Source: an uncultured bacterium (GTDB lineage: Bacteria; Patescibacteriota; Minisyncoccia; Phycocordibacterales; CAIRYW01). From it: a stretch of DNA of 64,000 bases. The number at the start of each line of letters is the position of its first letter. Within the stretch, counting starts at the first letter, position 1. The stretch is taken from the NCBI GenBank assembly GCA_963766885.1, contig CAVYBO010000002.1, positions 464,606-528,605 on the forward strand, given 5' to 3'. Under the pieces are notes generated by a model that saw only the letters and a program-made list of their open reading frames with translations, had not been told where the DNA came from and made no database searches. Positions 19,348 to 29,842 of the stretch are shown piece after piece. Position numbers and translations under genes: made by a program.

Positions 19348-21015
19348 ATGAAAAGAAAGATTTTCGTACTCGACGCCTTCACTCACGGGCATGACGCAGC
19401 TTCCAGATTCATCCGTAAGCAGGGCTGGAAAAAGGGCGATTGCGAAATCGTCTTTTGCGGAAGCCATGAAAAACTTCTAGAGCATCTGTCCCAAGGGCCA
19501 GGCTTTGGGGTTGTGCCGATTTACAACTCCATCATATTCGAGGTTTCAAGGGTTACGAATGAAGTCAGCCGGCTTCGTAACCTGGGATACGACTTTTCTG
19601 TCGTGGACAAACTGGAATTGCGCGTTAATCATTGCTTGCTTGCGCCAGCTCACGTCAGAGGAGTGAAACAATTGGAAAGAGTTTTCTCAAAGGAAGAGGC
19701 TCTGAATCAATGCGGCAACTTCCTCCGAGGAATTGGCATCACTGCTGAGAAACGCAGTGATTACAGCTCAACAGGCAGTGCTGCAAAGTTTGTCTCGCAC
19801 ACCAATCAAATGTTTGGCGCAATCGCTCCCAAACGCGCCGCAAAAGCATACGGATTGCAAGTGCTTGCCGAAAATATCCAGGACGCAAAGACGAACATCA
19901 CAACCTTCGAGCTTCTGGAAAATAAGGCGGAAGTAAAACCTGTCACGCTTGGCTTGGTTGGACACGGTCGTTTTGGCCGGGCGCTTGAAGTTTTTGCCGC
20001 AGGCATTGGTATGAACGTCATCTGGTCTGATCCAAAAAAAGCGTTAGGAATAACTAACGCAGAAGTGGTGAAAAAAGCTGACGTCGTGATATTTGCCTTG
20101 AACATCAGAAAAACTCCCTCCGTAATCCGTTCAATCATTAGGCATACCCGCAAGGACCAGCTGCTGATGGACATTACATCAGTCAAAACAAACGCCGTAG
20201 CAGCAATGCTGAAAGGCAAAGCGCAAGTGGTTGCAACTCATCCGATGTTTGCACCAAGTGTAGCATTTGAAGGTCAAACGATTGTTGTCTGCCCCGAAAG
20301 ACTGACGGACCCGAAATGGAAGACTTGGGTTGTAAACTGGCTGGCCAGAACCGGAATGAAAGTCGAGTGGAGCAGTCCTTTCGAACATGATACCTACATG
20401 CAGGGAGTGCAAACCAACCCTCACATGGCAAACCTTATCAATGCGGTGATGATCGCGGAGATGGGAATTTCGGTCAAAAAAAGCCTTGGGTTTACGAGCC
20501 CATTCTACCGTGTAATGTTTTCACTCATGGGACGCCTTCTTAATCACGATGCAGATTTGTACATAGACATGCTCTTGGAGAATCCGGTTTCACTGCCGAC
20601 TTTCCAAAAAAGAGCTAAGCTCGAACATCAAATTTTGCGAATGATTAAGAGGAAAGACCGTGATGGATTGCGTGGGTTGTTCCAAAAAGCTGCAGGCCAC
20701 TTCGGCACCGAAGTTATTAAGGAGGCTGATGAGCTTTTTCAACGCCTTATTGCTGTTACCAAAACGATCTACGGAAGAAACTCTATTATCCTCGAGTTCA
20801 ACAAAGAATTTGACCAGCCACTTCTTGGAAAGAAAATCCTGGGAGCGTTCGGGCGGCGAGGAATAAACCTTAACGGGTTTAACTTTGCGGCAATCGACGA
20901 CAATCGATTTCAATTTTGCATCAGCTTTGAATCTTCAAGATCATCTGATGATGTGAGGCTTGTACTTGAAGAAATCGAAAGCTGGGACGATGTTCCTATA
21001 AAGGTTGTTTCCTGA
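19348..21015 (+). CDS. fusion protein with a prephenate/arogenate dehydratase-like domain, a prephenate dehydrogenase (TyrA)-like domain and a C-terminal ACT-like domain
   Basis: 555 aa. The N-terminal part resembles the prephenate dehydratase (PDT) domain (EEALNQCGNFL, NITTFELL compared with the PDT QC..FL and TRF motifs). The central part resembles TyrA (LGLVGHGRFG Rossmann, DITSVK, THPMFAP). GC is about 50% against a background of about 38%. Confidence 0.5.
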   Translation: MKRKIFVLDAFTHGHDAASRFIRKQGWKKGDCEIVFCGSHEKLLEHLSQGPGFGVVPIYNSIIFEVSRVTNEVSRLRNLGYDFSVVDKLELRVNHCLLAPAHVRGVKQLERVFSKEEALNQCGNFLRGIGITAEKRSDYSSTGSAAKFVSHTNQMFGAIAPKRAAKAYGLQVLAENIQDAKTNITTFELLENKAEVKPVTLGLVGHGRFGRALEVFAAGIGMNVIWSDPKKALGITNAEVVKKADVVIFALNIRKTPSVIRSIIRHTRKDQLLMDITSVKTNAVAAMLKGKAQVVATHPMFAPSVAFEGQTIVVCPERLTDPKWKTWVVNWLARTGMKVEWSSPFEHDTYMQGVQTNPHMANLINAVMIAEMGISVKKSLGFTSPFYRVMFSLMGRLLNHDADLYIDMLLENPVSLPTFQKRAKLEHQILRMIKRKDRDGLRGLFQKAAGHFGTEVIKEADELFQRLIAVTKTIYGRNSIILEFNKEFDQPLLGKKILGAFGRRGINLNGFNFAAIDDNRFQFCISFESSRSSDDVRLVLEEIESWDDVPIKVVS

Positions 21016-21071
21016 TTTTATGGAGCTTAACAAGCTCCAATTTTTTATATTAAAAAACCAAAATAAAAAAT

Positions 21072-21095
21072 AGCGGTTCTTAAACCGCTTTTACT
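21072..21095. terminator. bidirectional intrinsic terminator between convergent genes
   Basis: Hairpin AGCGGTT-CTTA-AACCGCT with T-runs on both sides. Confidence 0.45.
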
Positions 21096-21510
21096 CTGCT
21101 GCTACTTCGCTTAGCCGCAGACTCAGATTGACAAGAGCTCTTGCAATCCGACACGACACGAAATAATTTGTGCGATCTAGGTAAGCGCCTTGAAACTCCG
21201 CGTTCGGGCCCAACTTACCAATCAGTCTCTCAATATCACCAGAACTCGGGCTATATAAATAGCACAAATTGAAAGTCTCAGAACCGACAATGAGACGGTA
21301 ACCTCTTCTGAAACTTTCATACCTGAGGGTTGCACTCAGACCGATTCCAGAATAACCCAGAATTGTAACTCCCTCGCTTGCATTCAGACGAACTCCCGAG
21401 TCCGTGGGAATAGCAAACAAAGAGATTCTTCCGAGCAGCGTGTTTATTTCCTGCGTATGCAGGTCCAAGTCCTGTTGCCCGGAGACTCGAATAAGTAATG
21501 GAAATTTCAT
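21091..21510 (-). CDS. hypothetical protein
   Basis: 139-aa ORF in the GC-rich island with no recognisable motif. Confidence 0.3.
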   Translation of the reverse strand: MKFPLLIRVSGQQDLDLHTQEINTLLGRISLFAIPTDSGVRLNASEGVTILGYSGIGLSATLRYESFRRGYRLIVGSETFNLCYLYSPSSGDIERLIGKLGPNAEFQGAYLDRTNYFVSCRIARALVNLSLRLSEVAAE

Positions 21511-21607
21511 ACTGGAAAAAGAATACTCCTCACTAGTTTTCTGTCAACAAAAAATTTGACAAAAAATATTTCAGTAGTAAACCTAATGGTAGGAAGTACT
21601 AACAAAA

Positions 21608-22126
21608 ATGAAAACAAAAATTTCGTATCTGTTTCTGGTCACTTTTGCATTTTGCGGTTTGCTCGGATGCGTTTCGCAGCCATGCGAATGCGAATGGGGA
21701 AAGTGCAAAAAAATCCTTTGCAGAGCTACAGCTTATTCCAAAGGCAAACATGCAAGCGATCCATGGTCTAAGATGGATCAAAGTGCCAGCGGAGTCTCTC
21801 TTCGTTATGCGTCGATTAATCAGATTGGTGTGGCATCTGTGCCCTCCGGAATTCAGCGATGGAGCCTAATTGAGCTTGATCGGCCAACCGGACCACTTAT
21901 TTATGTGGCGGCAGACCGAGGCACGGATGTTGAATCCGGAAAAGCGGCAATAAAATCCGGAAAAACATCTGCGGAGAAAAAAGCGCCTGTGATAGATTTC
22001 TGTGCTCCAAAGCAGAGCTGGAGAGATTTTCTTCAAGTAAAAATCTATCCTTACTTGGGAAATCAAAGTCCGCCAGAGAAAGAGATCTTTAACCGGACAT
22101 TCATCGGATCAATAATCGGAAAATAG
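21608..22126 (+). CDS. putative lipoprotein with a 3D/DPBB-like (MltA C-terminal-like) domain
   Basis: 172 aa with a lipoprotein signal and lipobox (LLGC). The stretch VAADRGTDVESGKAAIKSG..VIDF resembles the three conserved Asp residues of 3D domains. Confidence 0.33.
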   Translation: MKTKISYLFLVTFAFCGLLGCVSQPCECEWGKCKKILCRATAYSKGKHASDPWSKMDQSASGVSLRYASINQIGVASVPSGIQRWSLIELDRPTGPLIYVAADRGTDVESGKAAIKSGKTSAEKKAPVIDFCAPKQSWRDFLQVKIYPYLGNQSPPEKEIFNRTFIGSIIGK

Positions 22127-22213
22127 CAGAGAGGCTTGCCTCTCAATTTTTTATAAAAAATTTTCAAAAAAAATTATTTTGAGTATAAAAATTGCCGAAT
22201 CGTTCTAAAGGAA

Positions 22214-22861
22214 CTATCGGCTTGAAACACGTACTTCGCTTGGCCGCGTAAACCACACGTCTTGCCAGGTGTGCCACTGAACTTCAGTGAGATAATCAAC
22301 TGGAGCATTGCGACTGCGCAATTTGTAAACCAAAAAGGCTATGTTGCCCTCGCGGTCTCCAACTGCTTTGCGGCGCACGAGCACGCGTACGATGTTGCCC
22401 TCACGAAGATGTGAAGCCTTTGAGTAATTGAAGTCAACCACTACTGCGATGCTCTTTCCCCGCAAATCGGCGCAGGCCATCAAGCCAATCTGTCGACGGA
22501 ATTTTTTGGGTCGGTTGATCACTTTAACATCGTAGTAGTCATCAACTGCTGACGATGTTCCGTAAACACCGGCATCCTTCAAGGCAAACACCATGCCACC
22601 ATCCACGTCTGGTTCCATTTCGGCTGTGGAAATGTCCACACCGATATTTTGTCCAGGCACAACCGTCGCCCCACCCTGATCCGAAAATCGGACTAATAGA
22701 GGATATGACTTGCACTCGTCGCTAGACGCTTCCATCAGCCCAATGTGCTTGTAGAAAAGCACCGGAGCCGACTTGGCCAACATGAAGGGATTCTCATCCT
22801 CGGCAAAACCAATTGCCGACATGCCAAACAGCACAGCAAACAACATCAAATAACTTTTCAT
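22214..22861 (-). CDS. hypothetical secreted protein
   Basis: 215 aa with an N-terminal signal peptide (MKSYLMLFAVLFGMSAIGFA). GC-rich. Confidence 0.4.
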   Translation of the reverse strand: MKSYLMLFAVLFGMSAIGFAEDENPFMLAKSAPVLFYKHIGLMEASSDECKSYPLLVRFSDQGGATVVPGQNIGVDISTAEMEPDVDGGMVFALKDAGVYGTSSAVDDYYDVKVINRPKKFRRQIGLMACADLRGKSIAVVVDFNYSKASHLREGNIVRVLVRRKAVGDREGNIAFLVYKLRSRNAPVDYLTEVQWHTWQDVWFTRPSEVRVSSR

Positions 22862-22894
22862 TTATTATATAATACTACTAAATTAGGGGTATTG

Positions 22895-25801
22895 TCAAGG
22901 TTGATTTTCTGAAACCAGAACAACGTTAGCGTAGGTATTATCTGTAGGGTTATCATTCTTATCCACCAATCCAATAGCCTTGAAAACTCCTACAGAAACA
23001 TCAATTGTTTCTTTTTCGGCTGGACCCCTATCAATAATTGGAACAACTACAGATTGCTTTGTTTCTGGATTTGTAATTTGAAGCTCATAATCATCTAAAA
23101 CAGCGTTATTATACTTTCCAGTCCTGGCAGCCTTCCGCAAATTATAATCAATTGGGTATGCTGCATACAAATCTTTCACTCTGTCATAACTATTCATAAA
23201 CTTTCCTGAAACCGACCCTTTTTCATGATAACCTATACAGCCCTTTACACTTCCTTGGGGAAAATAAACTAGATCCCCTACCTTAGAGCCAGCAGGAATG
23301 TCATCCCCTGTTTGATAGTGAGCAAGTGTTTGAAAGTTGCAATTGTTATCATTATCGTGTTCGTAGGCGTCGCCGTTTGAATTAATTCTAACATCTTGCT
23401 CGCCGCCGAAATAAGTAAGTCTCCAAGGATGTTTAGATGCAAAAGTCAGGCCTTGAGAAGGAGGAGTAGCCGCCGCAAGCTGGCTGTTTGGAAGCAAATG
23501 AAACCAACTCAAGATTGCGGATGCAGTGTTGTTTTCAGAAGCAATATTATTGAGTAAAGAGGAAGCGCTGGCAAATATGTTATCCAAGAAACCTCCGGAA
23601 TTCATGGAGATATCTGGATTGGGTACTGGATCGCCGGTCGTAGGATCATATTTTCCGTTGTATGTCCAATATGATTTAGGTGTAACGTTAAAATTGTAGT
23701 CGTTTACTATCTCATACTTTCCTGGGTAATAGAAAGTCAGTGAATGATTTGCAAATGTTTGGGTTAACTCTGAAGTTCCAAAACCATTAGGACTAGGAGC
23801 ACATAAAAAACAAGTCTTACTGGTCATAACATCAGAGTCTGTTCCGTTTGGTGTAGCGTCCACTGTCAAATTTGGATAATATAAGTTACCGTTATGTATT
23901 ACATTAGTAGAACCTCCATAATTAGTTGAAAGAACCGGCGAAGCAGAAATTCTGAAATCTCCAAAAACTGAATTTTCACTTGTATTATCCACTGTGCGCG
24001 AGCATGTAACAGTACCTGAATCAAAACATGTAAAATCTGTTGAAAGATCCGGGTGATAAGAGAAAAGCTGGCCGACTCCAAGATCCGCTTCTGATGTTCT
24101 TGGATCTGATGTAAAAGATTGAAAATTGCTATTTAAAGTACTAATTCCCAGCAATCCACTTTTGGAATCTGACATATAATCAGAAGGGCCGTATAGATAG
24201 GTTCCTCGTAAAGCCTGGATATCGGCAGCAAAATTTACAGACCAATCCTTAGTTCTCCAAAACCATTTCATCATCTCGTCAAAAGTCAGGCCTACCGGGT
24301 AATCTGTTCCAGGGCCAACATCCGAGCCTGTGCCACCAACTATTTGTCCTTGTATAAATTCTGGAGCACGAATCATAAAACCACTCTGCGGATACCCGCT
24401 TGCAATCCCAGCAGTCCAAACTTCATATATATTGCCATTAATTGTAATTATTTCTGGTATTGCGTTTGGATCTGGCTGCAGCAAACCATTGACCTTTGCC
24501 GTATTTTCATCCGAATCAACGGGGTAAAGCCAATAGTAAGTTTTTCCATCCCATTCTCCATCAACAACTTCCGGTACTTTAAGTCCGCCGCCATTGTCAG
24601 TGAATGAATAATAAAGACGAGTGGTTGTAGAAACAAATCCGTTGTTAACAAATGTATCAACCGTAAAAGTAAGCCATGGGACTACCACATTGCCATTAAT
24701 ATCGTGGTGAATATAAGGCGGCTCGCCTTGACCGCTCCAGCCATTTACTGTTGTTCCATCATTAATATAATTTACACTCCCGCCATATTCATTATTACCC
24801 CATGAATATCCTGTGCCTCCGGTATTGCCATCCGATACTCCAGCATTGGCATCGCCGATGCCGTTTAACGCACCGCTTGATTGGCAAGTTTGGGAAGGTA
24901 AAGTTTCTGTGGGAGACGACTCCGCTGATGTGCCAGAAGAATTAGAAGCTGAAACTTTGTAAAAGAGATGTTTAAATGAGTTTGGGTAAACATCTGAAAT
25001 AGTAGTTGTAGCTGTTGGAGAATTAGTTAACTCATAATAGGGTCCCATTAATGCAGTTGCACGTAAAATGTGATATTTGATGGCGCCAGAAACCGGATCC
25101 CATTTAATCAAAACTTTTCCTCCGCATTGTTTCCCTGGAAAAGCAAAAACATCAGTTGGAGTGGATGGTACCGAAGATTTAGTTTCGGTTGTTGTAAAAA
25201 CCACCGGCTTGCTTTTACCATTAATCGTCTCAACAGTTATGTTGTAAGAACCAGAATGTATAGCGGTTGTTGTACCAGAACAATTTCCAGCACTTCCAAA
25301 CGGATCGCACAAAGGCAAAACGGTTTTTGGAATAGCAAAGGTGATACTTGTGCCATTCGATGAGCTTGGGATAGGAACTGAATCATTAACACTGAGTCCG
25401 TTTAGCAAAACATAGTTTTTTGTTGGATCAAAATTTGCTCCTGTGATAGTGACTGGAGTTGCGATAGGTCCTGTTGATGGAGAGAGATAACTTATTACAG
25501 GCGGTATTGTAGGAACAGCTGTATATTGGCCCAAGCATGGTTTTCCAGTTATTCTGCTGTATAAATCTCCAGGTAGACAACCAAAAGAAGATAATGGATT
25601 GGATTGACAGAAAAACCCCTTTGTTGAAGTGTATTGAAATATTCCTCCTTCGGGACACACTAAGGAAGGATTATTAGACATCTCGGCACTTTGAGCATAG
25701 ACCTTCAAAGGCAATGTTATGGCTATCAGGAAAATACTAAAAACCGCTAAAGCGACGACTGGTCTTAGGTTTCCTACATAAATAGATAGAATTCTTTTCA
25801 T
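22895..25801 (-). CDS. large secreted Ser/Thr/Gly-rich surface protein with a C-terminal RlpA-like double-psi beta-barrel (DPBB) domain
   Basis: 968 aa with an N-terminal TM/signal segment. The C-terminal VVVPIIDRGPAEKETIDVSVGVFKAIGL matches the RlpA/DPBB pattern (v.V.i.DRGP...iDLS..af..lG). Confidence 0.5.
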   Translation of the reverse strand: MKRILSIYVGNLRPVVALAVFSIFLIAITLPLKVYAQSAEMSNNPSLVCPEGGIFQYTSTKGFFCQSNPLSSFGCLPGDLYSRITGKPCLGQYTAVPTIPPVISYLSPSTGPIATPVTITGANFDPTKNYVLLNGLSVNDSVPIPSSSNGTSITFAIPKTVLPLCDPFGSAGNCSGTTTAIHSGSYNITVETINGKSKPVVFTTTETKSSVPSTPTDVFAFPGKQCGGKVLIKWDPVSGAIKYHILRATALMGPYYELTNSPTATTTISDVYPNSFKHLFYKVSASNSSGTSAESSPTETLPSQTCQSSGALNGIGDANAGVSDGNTGGTGYSWGNNEYGGSVNYINDGTTVNGWSGQGEPPYIHHDINGNVVVPWLTFTVDTFVNNGFVSTTTRLYYSFTDNGGGLKVPEVVDGEWDGKTYYWLYPVDSDENTAKVNGLLQPDPNAIPEIITINGNIYEVWTAGIASGYPQSGFMIRAPEFIQGQIVGGTGSDVGPGTDYPVGLTFDEMMKWFWRTKDWSVNFAADIQALRGTYLYGPSDYMSDSKSGLLGISTLNSNFQSFTSDPRTSEADLGVGQLFSYHPDLSTDFTCFDSGTVTCSRTVDNTSENSVFGDFRISASPVLSTNYGGSTNVIHNGNLYYPNLTVDATPNGTDSDVMTSKTCFLCAPSPNGFGTSELTQTFANHSLTFYYPGKYEIVNDYNFNVTPKSYWTYNGKYDPTTGDPVPNPDISMNSGGFLDNIFASASSLLNNIASENNTASAILSWFHLLPNSQLAAATPPSQGLTFASKHPWRLTYFGGEQDVRINSNGDAYEHDNDNNCNFQTLAHYQTGDDIPAGSKVGDLVYFPQGSVKGCIGYHEKGSVSGKFMNSYDRVKDLYAAYPIDYNLRKAARTGKYNNAVLDDYELQITNPETKQSVVVPIIDRGPAEKETIDVSVGVFKAIGLVDKNDNPTDNTYANVVLVSENQP

Positions 25802-26011
25802 TGATCTCAGATTTTGTAATTAATAATTTTAACAAGCAAGAAAGCAGATTTTATATTTATCCTGCACAATTAAAGACTTTGCTATAACTGACAATAATTG
25901 TCTTCCTAATTTTTTTAAAGGCAAATAGCGTTATCCACAGCTTGATTTTTTTACAGAAAATAAAAAAACACCAAAAATATCGGTGATTTAATCTCTTTCT
26001 GATTCTAAAAA

Positions 26012-28153
26012 TTATTTCCTTGCTTCTACGATAGTTTTTTCTACGTTTGGAGGCACCACTTCATAGTGATCAAATTCCATAGTCGATGATGCACGTCCTT
26101 CAGAGAGTGAACGCAAGCTCGTGACATATCCAAACATTTCTGAAAGCGGCACCATTGCAAGCAAAACTTTGTTTTGTCCGCGGTCGCTCATAGACATAAT
26201 CTGTGCGCGCTTGGAGTTTAGATTTCCTGTGACATCTCCCATGAACTTTTCTGGAGTGACAACTTCAACTTTCATAATCGGTTCCAGAATCACAGGCTTT
26301 GCATGTCTGGCAGCTTCCTGAAACGCTTGCGAAGCTGCGATTTTGTACGCGATTTCAGATGAGTCAACATCGTGGGAGCTTCCGTATGTCAGTTCGCAAG
26401 AAATATTTGTCAGATGGAATCCCGCAACAATTCCTCGCTCCATTCCTTCTTTGACACCTTTCATAACTGCAGGAATAAATTCTTGCGGAATTACGCCCCC
26501 TTTGATTGAATCGATAAATTCAAATCCTTCTTCGCGCTTAGTATTTTTTGGAATTTTGGCGCCTTCTTCAAGCGGCTGAAGAGGTTTGATATTTAGCTTT
26601 ACGTGTCCATACTGACCCTTTCCTCCAGACTGCTTAATGTATTTGTGTTCTGCTTCTGCTGTGCCAAGAATTGTTTCTCTATAAGCTACTTGCGGCTTGC
26701 CAACATTTGCTTCCACAGAAAATTCGCGCTTCATTCTGTCTATCATAATTTCCAAGTGAAGCTCTCCCATTCCAGAAATGATTGTTTCTCCTGTTTCTGT
26801 GTTTGAAGAAATTCTGAATGTTGGATCTTCATCACCAAGTTTTTTGAGAGCCATACCCATTTTTTCCTGATCGGCTTTGGTTTTGGGTTCAATGCGGAGC
26901 GATACAACAGGCTCAGCAAATTTAATCGGCGCCAGGATTATCGGATTGTTTTCATCGCAAAATGTGTGAGAAGTTTTGGCGCTCTTGAGCCCTACAGCTG
27001 CGGCAATTTCTCCCGAAAAAACTTTTTTAACATCTTCTCTTTTGTTGGCTTGAAGACGGACAATTCTTCCGAGCCTTTCTTTTTCGCCTGTTGTTGAGTT
27101 GTATAAATATGTTCCCGATTCAACCGTTCCTGAATAAACACGGAAAAACGTAAGTTGACCTACGAATGGATCAGTCTGCAATTTAAAAGCCAAAGCAGAA
27201 AAAGGCTCTGTGTCTGAGGCATGACGCTCAATTTCTTGACCTGTTTTTGGATCAGTTCCTTTGATTGAAGGAATATCTAAAGGCGAAGGCAAATATTCAA
27301 CCACAGCATCAAGCACCAACTGCACGCCTTTGTTTTTGAGAGCAGATCCGGTAAATACTGGAAAGATTTTGTTTTCAATTGTAGCTTTTCGCAAAGTTTC
27401 TTTGAGCACCGGCATTGCAATCTCTTTGCCTTCAAGAAATGCTGTCATCAGATCGTCATCGTGCTCTACAATTCTTTCCACCAATTCCGCGCGGTATTTT
27501 TTGGCATCTTCAAGATATTCTGCTGGAATTTCATACTCTATAACTTTGTTTCCCATTTCACCTTCAAATTTGTAGGCTTTCATCTTCATAAGATCAATCA
27601 CACCTTCGTGTTTGTCTTCTTCGCCAATTGGAATCTGCATTCGCACAGCGTTTTTGTTCAGCCTTTCAAGAATTGACTGGTAGCTTCTCTCAAAGCTTCC
27701 GCCAGTTCTGTCTAGTTTGTTGATAAAACAAATTCTTGGCACGTTGTATTTGTCTGCTTGCCTCCAAACAGTTTCTGATTGAGGCTCCACTCCAGCCACT
27801 CCGTCAAACACCACTACTCCGCCATCCAAAACTTTCAGACTTCTTTCTACTTCCACAGTAAAGTCCACGTGTCCGGGAGTATCGATAATATTAAAACGAT
27901 GCTTCAAATCTTTATTGAGCGCATCATAAGTGGGAGTCCAAAAACAAGTAATAGCCGCAGCGGTGATTGTGATGCCTCTTTCTTTTTCCTGCTCCATCCA
28001 GTCTGTTGTTGCTTCCCCCTCGTGCACTTCGCCGATTTTGTGGCTCATTCCTGTGTAATACAAAATTCTCTCGGAAGTTGTAGTCTTGCCAGCATCAATG
28101 TGGGCAATAATACCGAAATTTCTAACTTTTTCTAATGGATAGTCGCGGTTCAT
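26012..28153 (-). CDS. fusA: elongation factor G
   Basis: 713 aa with a G domain ([21 protein letters not shown]) and EF-G domains II to V. Confidence 0.92.
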   Translation of the reverse strand: MNRDYPLEKVRNFGIIAHIDAGKTTTSERILYYTGMSHKIGEVHEGEATTDWMEQEKERGITITAAAITCFWTPTYDALNKDLKHRFNIIDTPGHVDFTVEVERSLKVLDGGVVVFDGVAGVEPQSETVWRQADKYNVPRICFINKLDRTGGSFERSYQSILERLNKNAVRMQIPIGEEDKHEGVIDLMKMKAYKFEGEMGNKVIEYEIPAEYLEDAKKYRAELVERIVEHDDDLMTAFLEGKEIAMPVLKETLRKATIENKIFPVFTGSALKNKGVQLVLDAVVEYLPSPLDIPSIKGTDPKTGQEIERHASDTEPFSALAFKLQTDPFVGQLTFFRVYSGTVESGTYLYNSTTGEKERLGRIVRLQANKREDVKKVFSGEIAAAVGLKSAKTSHTFCDENNPIILAPIKFAEPVVSLRIEPKTKADQEKMGMALKKLGDEDPTFRISSNTETGETIISGMGELHLEIMIDRMKREFSVEANVGKPQVAYRETILGTAEAEHKYIKQSGGKGQYGHVKLNIKPLQPLEEGAKIPKNTKREEGFEFIDSIKGGVIPQEFIPAVMKGVKEGMERGIVAGFHLTNISCELTYGSSHDVDSSEIAYKIAASQAFQEAARHAKPVILEPIMKVEVVTPEKFMGDVTGNLNSKRAQIMSMSDRGQNKVLLAMVPLSEMFGYVTSLRSLSEGRASSTMEFDHYEVVPPNVEKTIVEARK

Positions 28154-28474
28154 AAATTATGATTAAAAATAAAACGAAGCAGCGCTTCGTGCAAAATAGA
28201 ATACAGGAAAAATACTTTTTAGGCAAATATTCTGATTTCAATGAAGTTATAGACAACAAACACCGTTCTAGTATCATAAAATCAGTTAACTACTAGTGTC
28301 ACTATGAACATTCAAATAGAAAGTGTTTGGCAAAAACAACGACAGCTTAAGGAGGAAGTAGGGAGAATAAAGGGACTGCTTAAACAGATTGAGCGGAACC
28401 TTGCTGATTTCAATTCCAACAAGCGTAAGGAGCTGGCTCTGTAAATCAAGAATGGCCAGAGCACGGGCGATCTC

Positions 28475-29032
28475 TTGCAAGATCAGATGATCATTCACTT
28501 CGGCCTTGACCTCGAGACAATCGTTAAGTTCCAGAACTTCAACAAGAAACTGGTTGCGGCCAAGGGACAGATCATCGTCATCACTCATTCCTACAAATCC
28601 CGTTATGGATTTATGGGAATGGGAATGGAAGATAAATATCAAACATCCTACGCTGTGGAAATTGGCCGATTGAGCGGAGAAAGTCTGCAGATCAGGAAAG
28701 GTAAAAATTCATTCCCCGATCTGGTTATACCCACCGAACGCTACGCAAAGTGGAATGGCAGAGAAAAAAAGCCGGAGTGCGATCTTGGCGAATTGCTGAT
28801 TCCCTCCTATCCTTTTGAAGGTCCTGGAAGCGAAGAGTTAATCGAATTCATAGCCGGTGAGAATCAATCAGGCAAAGGCTGCGCCATCTACATCGGCACT
28901 CCCAAAGAGCTTGGGGAACGTGTCGGAGAATTCGCCTACCCACTTGTTCACACGGCGGGTGACTTCGAAAAAGCTCTGGAGTTCCTTGACAAAGCTACTC
29001 CCGAAGAAGCTGTCCGTGGCGATGGTATTTAG
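28475..29032 (+). CDS. hypothetical protein
   Basis: 185-aa ORF at about 48% GC. The start is uncertain. A 46-aa coiled-coil ORF (28304..28444) lies upstream. Confidence 0.3.
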   Translation: MQDQMIIHFGLDLETIVKFQNFNKKLVAAKGQIIVITHSYKSRYGFMGMGMEDKYQTSYAVEIGRLSGESLQIRKGKNSFPDLVIPTERYAKWNGREKKPECDLGELLIPSYPFEGPGSEELIEFIAGENQSGKGCAIYIGTPKELGERVGEFAYPLVHTAGDFEKALEFLDKATPEEAVRGDGI

Positions 29033-29110
29033 TTCGTTACTCGCGCATCCGCGCGAATTTTTTATTTCTAAAAATTTTGACTGAATTGAACTTGGTTTTT
29101 TAAATTCAAA

Positions 29111-29599
29111 TTGACAAGGCATAATTTTAATGGTATTTGTATAAATAAGTATATGAATCGTTCCTTTTTTCAAAAATTCCTGCCAAGATTTATCAAAAAG
29201 TGGCTGGATACCTCAAACATGGCTTTCGCGAAACATTTTCGCGCAATTCATGGTGTGCTTACCTTCCGAAAAGTCCAGCAAGTGGTGGATGACACTTCCA
29301 CACCTACAATTTGCTTTTGCCCTCTGTGCGCCAAAGCAATCAAGACCGGCAAAAACGGACAAGTCGGAGTTTGGCTCAGCCATCGAGATCGCACTCCCGA
29401 CGATCCGGAAGTCCGGGTGGCCAAAAAGCAAACACTTTTTGTGTCATACAAAGATCAGGAATACCAAGTTTGTTGTAGTGATTGTTCACCCAAACACTCT
29501 GAGCTTCCAGATCGTTTCGGACACATTGATCAAAATGGCAACTTGATCAACGCCACTCCAAGAATCAGCAGGCACCTGCCTTCAAAACCACCGTCTTGA
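29111..29599 (+). CDS. hypothetical Cys-containing protein. The true start may be 29153 or 29219.
   Basis: 162-aa ORF with CxxC (CPLC) and CCxxC (CCSDC) motifs that suggest metal binding. Confidence 0.3.
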   Translation: MTRHNFNGICINKYMNRSFFQKFLPRFIKKWLDTSNMAFAKHFRAIHGVLTFRKVQQVVDDTSTPTICFCPLCAKAIKTGKNGQVGVWLSHRDRTPDDPEVRVAKKQTLFVSYKDQEYQVCCSDCSPKHSELPDRFGHIDQNGNLINATPRISRHLPSKPPS

Positions 29600-29670
29600 A
29601 CGGTGGTATTTTTTATTTAAAAACCTATTGCATCAATATCGCTTTGGTGTAGTATGCAATTTAGAAAATT

Positions 29671-29829
29671 ATGAGATCACCCCAGCATACCAAACGAAGC
29701 GGCCCGCTAATTTACACACCAGTCGACGAAGCCGACTATCGTCCGCCAGGGTTCCGAGGCAAAAAGGGCGGCTACTGTCAGCCGATTGACACCAGGTATC
29801 ACTACCACTACATTCGCACGGCTTAGTCT
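29671..29829 (+). CDS. small ORF of 52 aa, followed by an intrinsic terminator
   Basis: ATG at 29671, stop at 29827-29829. Protein MRSPQHTKRSGPLIYTPVDEADYRPPGFRGKKGGYCQPIDTRYHYHYIRTA. It is below the ORF-track length cutoff. Confidence 0.22.
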
Positions 29830-29842
29830 CCTCGCACAAAAA

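Noticed and set aside
22895-25801. Possibility that the 968-aa protein is the DGR target or carries a second VR
   Set aside because: No segment resembling the TR (for example TCACACGGTTGCCA or CCGGGAGGCGGAGACAC) was found elsewhere in the window by eye. Only one VR is evident.
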